This document shows, piece after piece, positions 49,425 to 62,719 of a stretch of DNA of 64,000 nt (positions are counted from its first letter, which is position 1; each line of letters begins with the position of its first letter). The translations under genes were made by a program, and so were the position numbers. The stretch comes from Podarcis cretensis (taxonomy: Eukaryota). The stretch covers positions 51,894,001-51,958,000 of the forward strand of contig OX638150.1 of assembly GCA_951804945.1 (NCBI GenBank), read 5' to 3'. The notes under the pieces are model-generated. The model ran no database searches, was not told the origin of the DNA, and saw only the letters and a program-made list of their open reading frames with translations.

Positions 49425-52400
49425 GACCTTTCAATGAATGCATCCTATAAGTAACCATTTTATTTTGAGATCCTATTGTTCAAATGATGTGAATCCATTG
49501 TGAGAGCTGGGTGGTGGCTGAATTTTTGACTGACCTCCTCCCTATCTAGAAAGCTCTAAAACACTTCAAAAGGACTTCTGAATAGGAAATAGACTAGGCA
49601 GTGTTAGAACAGCCACAAATTCAAATGCAAGCATTTCCTCTGTGTGTGCTGCTGCTGCTTCTAAAAGAGAGAGACTTCAACTGTCCAATACAGCAAACAG
49701 GGAACAGTTTTGTTTTTGCATTTTGAACCCTGATCTATACAGTATTGCAATATGTGAAATGTATGGTTTAGTTGTTTTGAGGGGGCAAGGGATGTCTTTA
49801 ATCAGACAAGCCACTGTATTTTACTCATAGCCAACTGTCTGGAAGGAAGGATCCCTAGAAGAAAAAGCATAGTTTCATTACCAAATGAGTATGAACTACC
49901 ATACATTCCCAGAGAAAGTGAATTCCATAGAATCTAGGCCAAGGAATGAAGTGGGGGGGGGGGGGTAAGGAAATGAAACTTTACAAACAGCATAAAGTTC
50001 ACAGAAACTGCACCAAAATTCCTATTACACACAATCTTTCTGCTATTCCCATCCTACAACAACTCGTTATTGTCACTTGAAAACATGTAATTAGGACTAA
50101 TATTGTTACTAAATCATTATCAATCTGGCATGGAAAGACAAAGGAGCCCATTTCCTTCTTGTAGATTCATCTCACAACTACTTTAGAATAGCTGAAACAG
50201 TAAACTGTGTTGTTTCCAGAGAAAATTTCATGACTTTAGCTTGTGACTTGATCCCCACCCCCACCCCGAAAAGCAACTTAATCATCTATCCCATGACATA
50301 TCCTTAGTGCAATGGATCTTTGAGCAGGGCAGTTTCTCTAAAAATAAAATGACTACATTCTCTGAAATGCGAGTGCTTCTACAAAGCCAGAGTTCAGCCA
50401 CATCATTAAAAAGCTGCACACAATAGAACTGTTACCTTGAAAGGGAAAATAACCGCAAGGCTATGTCATCCTGGTTAACTGAGCATCCTTTAGCCATGAT
50501 AATGTCACAAGACAAACCACAAAAAAGAATGAAAAGCCGATTCATTGAGCTAGTCTCAAAGGCCCCTCATGTTTGCTAACAAAAATTCATAATGAGGCAA
50601 GCCTTCTTTCAACAATGAGTGATAAAAATTCTCACTAAATTAGAGGCAATGGTAGAGATAAAATATTCCATGATAATCATTTCTGCTCCCCACCCACATT
50701 GAGTAATGCAGATTATTTATAATAAAATGAGTATTTTCAGATGTCTAAGATACAGTCTTGGCAGTGCCCATTCTCAAGGGCTTACATAGGGCTGTTTCAG
50801 GCATAATGCTATACCAGAGTTTACTGCTACATGCAGCTGCAATGAGATTTCATAATTTCTGTTTTAAAATTAAATAGAATAATTTCTGTATTTAACCATG
50901 AATTATAATTAATTTAAACCTTAAACCAGCCTCTCCCAACCTGGGGACCTCTAGATGTTTTAGACTACAAGTTCCATCAGTCTGTGACATAATTCTTGAT
51001 AAGGGACGGTAACAATTCCTCCCCGCCCATTGCCCATATCAGAGAAAAAGAATGTGGGGGTGAGATGCAGCTCTAAGACATGGGTCACCAACACAACGTC
51101 CATGAGCACTAGGGGGTTCCTTTCTGCACCACTTATCAAAACAATGAATTCAGGGGCTCGGTCGCCAGCTCTGCCTTGTAATCAGTTACCTGGGCAAGTT
51201 ACTTGTCCTTCATTATTAACCATGATCCCACAGCAGCCATTTTGTGGTGGTGCCTACAAGAGGTTTTGTGCTGCTTTCCCCCACAAATTATCAGATGTGT
51301 GCACGAATTCAAAAAAGTTGTCACCCCCTGCTCTACAAAGCTTTTGGAGTCTATCAAACAAAATTGACACTGCAGTAGAGAATAGCTCTAACTTCTGATG
51401 AACAGAATATTAGAAACGCAAAGCACAGAGGCTGGCTCATCTGCCACTCACTTAAGCAAGTAATACTTTTTTATAAATAATTTGAATAAAAAACTGCTTG
51501 TCCTTCAGCATTTGTTGGTTCCTATTGTTTCCCCACGTCTCTTCCCAGCTCTCTCACTTCCACCTCACAAGCTACCCCAAACTAACAAGTAAAGTGTAGC
51601 TAGCAATAGTGATTATGACATTCCACTTTTATGCGACTATCGGCTGATATTTGGTTTTAGATTATGTACTTTCACTGGCCGTCAAAGCTAGTCAGTGACA
51701 AAATAATATTGTAACGGTACACTATAACTATCAGCGATACAGTTAACAGGAGAGTTTATAGTATACAGCTTTCTAGCCTGTGCTTCATTTTTCCTCAGCA
51801 ATATGTACTACGATTCAAGTTCTCTTGGGAGGTAGCTCTTTAATTTAACTGAAGGTTTTGCTTCTCTCATCTGCAAGTTAAACAGCATTTAAACCAGAAC
51901 CGCTGACAAGTATTTCCTGTACAGCTATAAGAAGGTCTTTTGCAATGAGTCAGGCCAATTTCCATCTCAGCCTCCTATGGCTTGCAGTAGCTCGCCAGAG
52001 AATTTTAAGATGGCTTTGGGAACAACATTGGATGGATGGAAGAAGGGGCTGTGCACCCTCAACTGCCATTTTGTGTAACATCCAAACAGTTTGGGAGCAT
52101 CACATACCATTGATTATGTTTAGGTTCTGGGGTTTTTTTAAATGAATCTTTTTAAGGTCAGGTGTTTTGCTTTGTTTTTGTTTTTGAAAAAAGAGAGCAT
52201 CAAGTGGCCTTCAGTTTGGGTCAAGAGGCCTCCATCTTTAATACCATGTTTTTAGAATCTGGTAGGTGAGAGTTAAAAGATGGATGGAGAAGGCATAGTG
52301 TCTAAGTCACATTTAGTCTGCTACAATTCCCTCTTCCCCCCCAAAATAGTATAAAAGCTACTGCCTGATAGATAGATGGAAGCCTTGGAAGCTGTTCAGA

Positions 52401-55400
52401 TTGCTGCAATTGATCATAGTTATTTGACACCCAAGTTCCTTTGCCCTTATATTTACTTCAACAGTAAAGCTTTTTGAAATATCGTCCATGTGCAAGGAAT
52501 CAGAAGTATGAAAATAAAGGAGGTAGCACTGGGTCACACCTTCAAGCCATAGCCAAAGAAAAATGTGCTGTCACCAAGCCAGGCAATTAATCTCACTACA
52601 TTTAAATCTGCCTGTCAGTTTCTAGACTATACTCATTAATATGCTCTGCAAACATGTTGCAGCACTGTGGACCACTAGAATCAACTAATGGAGGCTGGTG
52701 TGACCCACAATGAATAAATTTGAAGCACACAATTTTCCTGACCACCCCCAATTTTAATCTGATTTTATTCCAGGGTGGGGTTTTGGCTTGGACACTAAAC
52801 TATCCATTTGACATTTAGCCTGCAAGCCTATGAAGGCTTATTTGGGAGTGAGCCCCATGGAACGTGGTGGGACTTCTGAGTAAGCGCACGCATGAGTGGG
52901 TTGCTAGTTTTTCATATGAGAAGTGTTCCAAAACAAGAGACGCCCAGTTCATTAGCCACTGTTATGTTGTGCTTTTCCCAAGAGCCTGCCATAGTCTGAA
53001 CTCAAAAGTTCAAGGAAAAAATAGTATTCCGAAAACTGTCAATCTTCTAAAAACTGGCTCTAGTATCAGTTTTCAGTATTCCACAACAGAAGTATGTCCA
53101 AAGATATTATATTAAGTGCTAAATATGATAGTTGTATTAGCATCTAAAAATTATGTGTCAACATATTGCACAACACATAATAAAAAACAGACCTCAGCTC
53201 AAATTGCTGATGCTACAATCCTGTTGCCTTGCATAAACCTATCTTATCAATTTTTCCTTTCTTGCAGAATGACTAAAACTATAGGATTCCTCCCCAGTTC
53301 TCTTACCAGCTAGCATCATACCCAAGTTCTACATTACATTTCTATTATAAAAACTAACTAAAATTATACAGAAATATAATTCCATCTAGCCTCCATTTCC
53401 CAGAATATTAAATATATTTTTTCAGAAGGCCATAGTAACACTACAAAATTATAAGGTAGATGAGCAGATAGACTTGTGCTTTTGCATGTGCAAATACCAA
53501 AACAACAGTATAGTGTAATAATTAGCAGTAACATTTTATGTCACTAAGCTTGCAGGAGCATCTACGGAATATCTGGTTTTAAATTAGATGCAATTATCTT
53601 TTCTCCCCTGCCCCCACACTGCACTCATAAAAAATATTGGGTAACAACATGTTTCACTCTGTCCCATCACCCAGATGTATTGGGGTCATGGAAAGGTGTG
53701 CTAAATTGAACACTATTCACATGCTGGTTGTTTTCTACATAAGCAGGAACAAGGTGAGGGGTGGAATCGTTGTCTGTGGGAGGCAGGAAATCCATCCCAT
53801 CCCCTATAGGCACAAAGGGTCACCGTGTTACACCAGAAGACTAATTGCTAAATAATTACAAAAAAAGAAAAGGAAAAAGAAAGGCTTTAAAACAAAGCAA
53901 CTGCAGCTCAGCATGGGTGGCAGTTTTGTCTGACATTCAAAATGGCCATTTAACACCATGTCGAATTACTGAAAGAGATAGGTTTAAATTCTACTGCGGT
54001 TATGGATTCTCCAAGTAGATTTGGTGAAGTCACTGTCTCTCACCCTTAGTCTCCAACCAGTTAAATGGGTTAATATTTACCATTTATACAAAGTGCTTGG
54101 GTACTGTGATTAACAATGACAATGTTGTGTAAATGCAACAAATTCCTGCAGGGAATTTATTAGCTTCCTGCTTGCCGTCTTCCTAATACTAACAGACCAC
54201 TCCAAGCACCCTAACAAGGGTACATTTCTCAAAGTATACTGGGAAGAAGCTGCCATGGCCATAAGGCTTTTCAGGGGTTTTTGTGTTAATGTGCCTCCTT
54301 TTTGAAGAGCTGGCTCCCATAACATGTGCTGAATTTTGGCTGAGGAAACCAGCGTTGACTGTAGGAGCTCCTGAAGTTTGCTCACAGCCACTTTTGCTTC
54401 TCCCCAGTCTGTTTTTCTTTCTGATGCACTGTGCTGAACCAAGTCATGATTTTGCTTAGCATGTCATCTGAACTGGAACTCATGCTTAAGGTCATGATTA
54501 GCGAGAAGAGAGCTTAATTTCAAGCTTGGGGCTCATAGGCAACACAGTAAGCGAAACCTTTGTTTAACATAGCACAGGTGGGTGTGGGTGTTTTTTTTTT
54601 TTAAAAAAAGAGGAGTAAAAGAAGCTGCACATTCCTTTCCAGGAGCCCACAGAGTCATGAAAGCCAGGTCAATAGGTCAGTTCCTCTTTGGTGGGCAATA
54701 GCTACTTCATGAAAATTCTGCAAGGACAAAGTTAAAGACCACAAAGTAAATGAGATGTTAAGGCTGCAAATCCTATGGACCTTTACCTCTGAACATAGTG
54801 AGAATTACTTCAGAGTAAGAATGCATGGAGTTCAGGCCTAAGGCATTTTGCTGCTTGAGGTCAAGGGCAAGATGAAACTCCTTCCCCCTTCTACTTATGG
54901 AAGACAACCGGACTGACAGCTGAATCACCCTAGTAAAGGGATAGCAACCTCCACAACACTTGGGTTGGGGGTTAATTTGTGGTAGGATGGGCTGTGCCAG
55001 GAGAATGGCCCCAACATCCGCTGCCCAAGGCCTCACTTTGCCAGCCCTGATAGGATTGTACTACGAAATAGTGTTTATTAACCACCATTGTGCTACAGAA
55101 AAATTGGGGTGGGGAATGAGAAATCACAGGGATGTTTCAATTCACGTAAGCAAGATGGCAACCCAGTTAGCAGCAGACTTAAAAAGGGCCATGCATTCAG
55201 GGCTTCTGGTCTTTTCTGAGACAGCCACAAATCTCAGAGCGAGCAAGAAACTGTGGCTTCTAGGAAGCAGCTGCTTTCAACATCCCTGCTCCCAGTATGC
55301 TGCTGGGTTGCAATCTGGTGCTTCACTTTTTATTTACACACAGTTTAAACAAGGCTCTGGCATAAAGGAGAAAAATGCTTTGAAAGGAATGCATTGAGTG

Positions 55401-56010
55401 AGAAAGGTAAATAATGAGTGGACTGCTCTTCAATTATTTTCTTTTTAACAGCTATCAGGACTGTATATAATTCAACTGCACTTCTCAAAGATGAAATCCA
55501 TGAAATCCAGAGCAGAAGAGAAGGGGGGGGGGAGAGTAGAACAGTGACTGTTTATAGTTAATTTGGCGAGGGGGCGGGGAGATACATAGCTTTTCTACTT
55601 GTTATGTTAGTTTATTTCTGTGCCACCTTTTGTCCCAAAAGGCTCTCACAAGAACTAACAAAGGCAATCCCAAAATTCAAACAATAAAATACAGCAAAAG
55701 TTTAATATCTCAACAACATATCATATTTGTCATATCTATAGTTCAGAAGAGGATTCTTTCCCTAGAAAACGTCCATGGGTCATAGGATTTCAGGCAGAGA
55801 TAAAATGGAGTTTAGCAAATGCAATTCAGTACACAATTCAGCTGGGCCTCTCTGCAAAAGCTAAGAAGAAGAAATAAGTATTGTTATTTAGGCCAAATCA
55901 CTATGTCCATTTATGGCACCCACGTGAAGAATTAAGAAATAGTACCATATGGTTACACATGCTGCAAGAAAGAGCAAAAGAGCATGCATTGAGAACAAGA
56001 ACATAAAGTT

Positions 56011-56166
56011 TTGTTGCACCTTGAAGGCTAACAAATTGTATTGTGCCATAAGCTTTCATGGACTAGAGCCCACTTCACCAGATGCTTCAGATGAAAGCTT
56101 ATGCCATAATAAGCTTTGTCAGTACCACAAGAATTTTGCTGCAACAGACTTGTAACACAGCTATCC
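56011..56166. mobile_element. Degenerate Penelope-derived inverted terminus pair with a mutated hammerhead motif
   Basis: GCACCTTGAAGGCTAAC...GCCATAAGCTTTCATGGACTAGAGCCCACTTCACCAGATGC, followed by the inverted GAAAGCTTATGCCATAATAA...GCAACAGACT..AACACAGCTATCC. Confidence 0.65.
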
Positions 56167-56869
56167 TTGCCCTGTCAAATGGACCAAAACTGCTCCTTCT
56201 CCAGGCTGTCTTGCATCTCACCATATGGCAAATTATAATGTGCATACATTATTCAAGAATGGAATAGTGGTATCTTTGTAGACATACAAACCAGAACTAC
56301 TGAAATGCAATTTGGAAAGCTGGATCTAGGACAAGGATTAAATGGGTGCAGCCTCAGCTCTGCCAAGTATATGGAGCAAAACACACACAAAACTACAGCC
56401 TCTCCTCCCCAACAACAAAGTCTTGTGACACTTCAAAGGCAAATAAATACAAGTGGGCTCTAGTAGTTCACAAAAGCTTATAACTCAAATTCACCCATAA
56501 TTTCTCTTACTATACTGAGACTCTTTGGGATTTGTTGCAACAGAGTGATACAGCTTCTTCTGTTGAATTTATTGCTCTTGAATTTGCTAGTAGCATACAT
56601 GGGAATAGTTCAAAATGTGGAATAATCTTAAGCAATTCTTCTTAATTCTTAAGCCCTGCACAAAAGGGATTTCCCTTCTCTCCTCCCCTGCACCCCCCAA
56701 AATTAGCTGGGGGTGGGTCAGGATAACCCCCTGCAGAACAACACACAGCAGGAGGGGGGGTCATTCCATCCAGCAAGCTGAAATATTTGTGTTGTTGGAA
56801 TGTTTGGCATAATGCAAAGTGGAATTCCTCCCACTATAAATAGACTTGTTGGGTGCAATAAATCTTTTG

Positions 56870-56958
56870 CAGCAAAATCCTATACGTATTTGTTTGGACG
56901 TAAGTCCCACTGTGTTGAATGGAGCTTTCTTTCACGTAAGGGTGCAAAAGGATTGCAG
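56870..56958. repeat. Old short palindromic repeat (related copies near 28.5, 38.0, 43.6, 52.8, 54.8, 62.9 and 63.3 kb)
   Basis: CAAAATCCTATA...GTAAGTCCCAC TGTGTTGAA TGGAGCTT...AGGATTGCAG, an imperfect hairpin that recurs in the window. Confidence 0.5.
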
Positions 56959-57344
56959 TTTTAGAATCCTTTATCTTGCATCTAAATAAGCTCAGCTTTT
57001 CAGTCTTCAGGGCATGATGCAAAAGTAACTCCTTTTCAGACCTCTATTTGTACAAAATGGAAAAAAGATTTCTGGAGGATAATGCTATCAGTGGCTACTG
57101 ATCATGATCACTATACCACAGTATGCGTGCTAAGAGGAAGGCACATTTGGCAAACCCTCACCATGATCAACTCCCACCCAGAAACCTATGTCCACACTGT
57201 GGAAGGACATGTGGATCCAGAATTGGCCTCCACAGTCACTTACAGACTCACTGTTAAGACCATGTTCATGGAAGACAATCTTACTCTGCTACAAGTGGTC
57301 ACCAAAGAAGAAGAGAAGAGGCTGAATACCAGCAGCTGGGGGGG

Positions 57345-57482
57345 GGGGCAAACAGCAGGACAGGGCTACTGTGCTCAAGTCCCATTTTGGGCTTCCCAGA
57401 GGCATCTGACTGGCTACTGTGGGAACAGAATGCCAAATTAGTTAGGCCTCAAATCCAGCAGGGGTTTTTGTGTGTTCTTATA
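57345..57482 (+). mobile_element. CR1 3' end fragment
   Basis: GGCTTCCCAGAGGCATCTGACTGGCTACTGTGGGAACAGAATGC...ATCCAGCAGGG...TGTTCTTAT. Confidence 0.65.
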
Positions 57483-58477
57483 GGAGACGGTGGGGGGGAA
57501 ATACTTCACTTTAATCAAACTCAAAATTAACTAACGTTATTCCAGAGTGCAGGGACAGACAGCCGTCCTTTTGACGTAAAAACAATCATCCTTTGTCACC
57601 AGAAAAAGCAAGCAAACAAAAAAATACAAAAGCTGCTGAAGTTTCAAGCACAAGTTGCGCCTTTGCTAAAGAAAGCAATTCGCTGAAATGGCTCTCTTAC
57701 AAAACTCCTATTAGGAATGCCTACTTTGCCAAAGGGAAAAAAGGTGGCTCGTCTTACACTAGAACCCTGGCCTCATTAAAGCTTAATTGAAAGGAGCAGC
57801 AGGGGGGAGAGGGCAGGCTAGAGTTCTGTGGGTGGGTGCAAGCAGTGCCTATTCCTCCCCCCCCCCCCGAAGGACGTTTAGAGGTTGTGGAAATACACCC
57901 CCGTTGTGTCACAAATGTCACCTGGAGAAGCCCCATTGAAAGGGCAAGAATCAGACTTAACTTATCTCATTCAGATTCAGCTTTCAGTGGTCAGTGGGCA
58001 AGAAATGTGAACACAGCTCTACACCCCATCTTTGGCTCTGCTGGTTACCACTGATCCGCTTATGTGTCACAATGTCTTGCTTCTTAAAAACAAAAACAAA
58101 AAACCCTTGTCTATCATTTCAGTATCTCCAACGGAACGGTAAAATCTTTGACATATTTCTGCTACATATGAAATATTATAGAGGTTGAAGATTCATATGC
58201 TCTAAACCTGAAGCCCGTGGTTAAAATCTCAGTTCAACTATGAAGTTCTCGTGTGAAATTAGCATGCTGCCATATTTCCTCTTTACTGATTAATAATCTT
58301 TCTGGGAAACATCATATGACTTCCACTCAAATGTTATTTTTAATGACAAATGAAGTTTAAAAATCTAAGCAATTTAAATGATGCTCAATGAGTTCTATTT
58401 TTCATTTCTTGGCTGGGTGCAATCATTTTCCTGTCATGTTCCTATTAAATATTGCCAATACCTACTGATTTATTGAG

Positions 58478-58855
58478 GGGACGCAGGTGGCGCTGTGGGT
58501 TAAAGCCTCAGTGCCTAGGGCTTGCCGATCGAAAGGTCGGCGGTTCGAATCCCTGCGGCGGGGTGCGCTCCCGCTGCTCGGTCCCAGCGCCTGCCAACCT
58601 AGCAGTTCGAAAGCACCTCCGGGTGCAAGTAGATAAATAGGGACCGCTTACCAGCGGGAAGGTAAACGGCGTTTCCGTGTGCGGCTCTGGCTCTGGCTCT
58701 GGCTCTGGCCAGAGCAGCGATGTCACGCTGGCCACGTGACCTGGAAGTGTCTCCGGACAGCGCTGGCCCCTGGCCTCTTAAGTGAGATGGGCGCACAACC
58801 CCAGAGTCTGTCAAGACTGGCCCGTACGGGCAGGGGTACCTTTACCTTTACCTTT
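58478..58855 (+). mobile_element. Full-length young Sauria SINE with TSD
   Basis: CpG-intact head GGGACGCAGGTGGCGCTGTGG, B box GGTTCGAATCC and (ACCTTT)3 tail. TSD TACTGATTTAT at 58463-58473 and 58855-58865. Confidence 0.95.
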
Positions 58856-61800
58856 ACTGATTTATAGCCTGGATTGGATCCTGAGAAGCACAGCCAGAAG
58901 GAGGTTGGCATAAGATGGGGATTTTCCATCAATTCCTCCCACTGAAAAGCCTCTTTTGAGGATTTAAGGGTCCTCCTGAATGGAGTGGTCTGTGGCATGT
59001 GAGGTGGTAATGGAAAGGGGGAGACAATTAAAAATCAGGTGGAGGAACCTTCTATGAGCAGTTTTGCAGGGGCCTGCAGAAGATAGGAGGGATGGTTAAG
59101 TCATCTTCTGCCAACCCTCTTCCATCAGAGCAACTCAGGATGTAAACCTCTGTTTCTTAGTCCCAATGAGTTAACAGGACTTATTTCCAAGTGAACATGA
59201 CCAAACTGCTGACACCACAATGGAAGAAAAAGCCAACAGATGTAAAGACCTTTGGGTCAATTTGGCCCAACCTCATATAGTGTCATTTAGGTATGGCAAC
59301 CCCCATTACTTTTGCTTGCGTCAGACTGTGGCATGCTGGAAGTCTGATTAACTTTAGAGGGGATTGTTCATGTTTCTACAGCTGGTCTGCATAGCTAAGT
59401 AGAACCATGCCATGTTTTGTTCTAGCTCCACATTCATGAACAGGCAAGTGCAAGGCTAACAGTCAAAAGACAGAGCACCACACATGGGGTGGTTGTTTTA
59501 GATTTTAGTCAGTTTTAGTACACTTAATACAATAAGACTGCTTCTGAAACATATTCATGCATTAATGAGTCTAAAGATAAGTGCCCAAAGGAAAGGCGTT
59601 TCTTGAGAAAACTGCCAATTTTGAGATGAAGGTTATTAGGCAATAACACACAGCTGTTGCACCTCTGGGACGTGAGAGTTCAGCTGTTCCCTCTTTAGAA
59701 TTAATAAAACAAACCATGAACTACTGACAAACATTTATACTGTTCAGACAAAATGCATCAGGGCCTCTAAAGGAAAATGAAGTGCCTCTGCTGATCTCAG
59801 TAAGGGAAGAGTCACAGCGCAACAGAACCAGAGGTAACCATTTAGAGGAGCTTGGGAATGTGATTGTTTGTGTCTAACTTTTAGGTACAGAAACCCCAAT
59901 CTCTGCTTCTACTGCTGCAAACCTCTGAGACCTGTACGTATTATGCAGATTGCTATATATTTTCTTCTCTTAGAAAATATACTCTGCTAGCCAAGCTGTA
60001 CCCCTTGAACACTAAAAGGTTTGTTTAATTCCTTCCCTGGGAGTGGAATTTTCCAATGTATTACCTACCGAGTATGGTATTGCTATGCTGCTACCAGGAC
60101 ACAGTGGTGGATATTTATTTTAATTGTCCCACTCATTTTAAAATGCCAGTGTAGACTATGGGGAAAGGTCATGGCTCAGTGGTAGAGCAGAAGGTCTCAG
60201 GTTCAATCTTCCTGTCTCAAAGGAAAGAGAAAGTCAGTGCAGAGAGGGGGTGTAACGTAAGAGTCCTAGCAGTTTACCTTAAAGGGCTGGATAAAATGTC
60301 ATGAATGATCAATAGGAGATGTTGTTCCTTCTTGAGGTCAGTAACCCTGGTTCTGGTTTCTCAGTGTGACGCTGACAAACCAAGGCATTGATTTTGAAGC
60401 TTGTTCTGTATAGCACTTACAAATCACCCTATCTTCAACCAGCAGTGGAGGCCGTTGCCATCATCTTCAACAAGGCTTTTATTTACACACCTAATGTATT
60501 TATGCCTTTGACATCAGTGGGATCAAGCTGTTTAAATGCACCCACACAGGCTTTTCAGCATTGCTTATGTCACATCCTGTGCATTCAGAGCACTTTCCCT
60601 GGCAATCCCACTGATGCTACTAAGCCTCTTTCCGAGAACTGGCCTTGAGGACTGTGCCTGTATTTTAACAGCCCAGCAAGTTTTAGAGGCATGCTTCATC
60701 AGAGTCATTCATTTATAAGATTTCTTACCACCATAGGTTCCCAGGGCGGGTAGCTGCATGGGAGGGAGAGCTGGGGCAAATAAAGAGGGCTGGGTAAGGA
60801 TGTCAGAAACTCAAAACTTTGCTTGCTCTTCTATGAAGCTCACTGGGTGTGTGGCTTTGGCAAAATTACTCTCACGCCCAAGGTTGTTTTCAAACTAGAG
60901 TGTTTCTTTGACTTTGCTGGAAGAAAGGCAGGACACAAATACAACAAATACAAGTTAATCCTGTCAGAAGTCTCCCTGTCATTGAAAGGACAAAGGGCCA
61001 AGCTAGAGACACATAAAAACTTACCCATACAGAGAGCACGGGAAGATTGAATCAGGTGTTCAAGATTGCCGGTTCTCATTGTGCATCTGTAATGTTTGGA
61101 ACCACTAATCCCATGAGTCTCCCCAATGTGTGGAGAGCTCTCACGCCAACACTGTCTATTCCTAGGGGCTGCTGGTGTGGTAAAACACTCCACACAATTA
61201 AGGAAAGTCACATAATGAGTTGCTCCAGTCACAAAGAGGCTATCTCTGGTACCCTCAAACATGCAGTAGGCATAATGTCTGCAGTAGTCCTCAAGAAACT
61301 GGAGGAGATGGAACTATTGTATGAAATTTTTCTACTCCACCAGCCTGTTTTTCCTCTCAGCACTGCACCAGTTCTTCTAAACAATGTACAAATTTATTAT
61401 TCCTCTGCAGCCAACAGAGTGCATCTGTTCATAAACAGCATGTATGTAGTCTAAATTAGCACAGCCAATATATAAACTGCTTTTATTTGCTTAATTTTAG
61501 TTCTTTTTAATCATCTATTCATCTTGCAACTCAAAATGCCACTTCAAACTATTAAAACATAAGCAGAGTGATTTGCCATTTAATATAAATAAAAGTTAGC
61601 TATATGGGGAACTTTATGGAGAAACAAGACTTCTACATTACTAATAGTTTTAGAGATTAAATTACTTACTGTAAGCTGGTCTATGTACAGAAAATTATTC
61701 AAATTTAGAGCAAAATGCTTCACATTTAGGAAACAAACCAAAGCTAATTTTTTTGCCACATTCAACCCACATGCTAACTTGCTTCTCAAAAGCCTATTAG

Positions 61801-62576
61801 GCAGATGAGCAGAGTCTAATGAGTCCTGACAGTCATGCAGAAAATGGCATCTCTCTACCTTTGAAAAACACACATACACAAACTGTATGACAAGACTTTT
61901 TGGTAAGCACCACACACACAAAAACAAAACACCCCAAATGCTCAGTAACTGCAGAAATAAAGTTTAAAGAGCAGACAATAAAAATGAATCACACACGACA
62001 GTACAACAGTACAAGAAGATCAGGAATGAAGGGGGTTTCAGTCTTTAATATATCAAGAATTAAGCTCGGGGAACAATTCGAGAAAAAGTGTCTGAGATGC
62101 AGATTACTAGCAACTGAGAGTTTGAAAGAACATTAAGTTAAGATGCTGATTTGTATTAAGAAAAATATATATGCAGAAACTTGAAAGGCTTCCACAAACC
62201 ATTTCTAACCACACACAGAAGCAGGAAGTAAAGGTTTGAAAAGGTTTTGGGGGTTTTTCAACCCACCTCTCTTAAGTATGTAAAAAAAGGAAGGATGTAA
62301 ACGTGGCTATATTTGTGTGTCCAAATGTTTACCACACTAAGGAAATCTTTCTGCTGTAAAAGAAACTACAGTATCCCTGTGCCACACCAAGAGCCATTTC
62401 CACTCTTTCCTTAAAAGTTTCACTTCTGGTTTACTTTGTCTGGCTTTAGTTTCTATAGAGGATTCTGGTTGCAAGTTCCCAGTGACAAAGAACAGTTTTC
62501 ATACCAGGGATCATTAGGAAAGGAACTGAAAACAAAACCACTCTTCATACAAATCTATTGTGTAATCCCACTTGGT

Positions 62577-62719
62577 TTATTGTGCTTTTAGTTTATTCTG
62601 GTTGCTGCACCTCAAAGAAGACATTGCGGAACTGGAAAAGGACAACCAAAATTATCAGGGGGCTGGAAAAACTTTCCTATGAGGAAATGTTGTAATATTT
62701 GAGGGGGATTAGTTTAGAA
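62577..62719 (+). mobile_element. CR1 ORF2 fragment
   Basis: Degenerate HLKEDIAELEK...TKIIRGLEKLSYEEML...ISLE, typical of the CR1 ORF2 C-terminal region. Confidence 0.7.

Noticed and set aside
53637-53855. ORF starting MGNNMFHSVP, resembling a NEURL1 N-terminus
   Set aside because: Wrong strand for NEURL1B, TTG start, no suitable donor and no CpG island.
60160-60210. tRNA-like A/B box sequence
   Set aside because: Deleted SINE head fragment that cannot form a cloverleaf.
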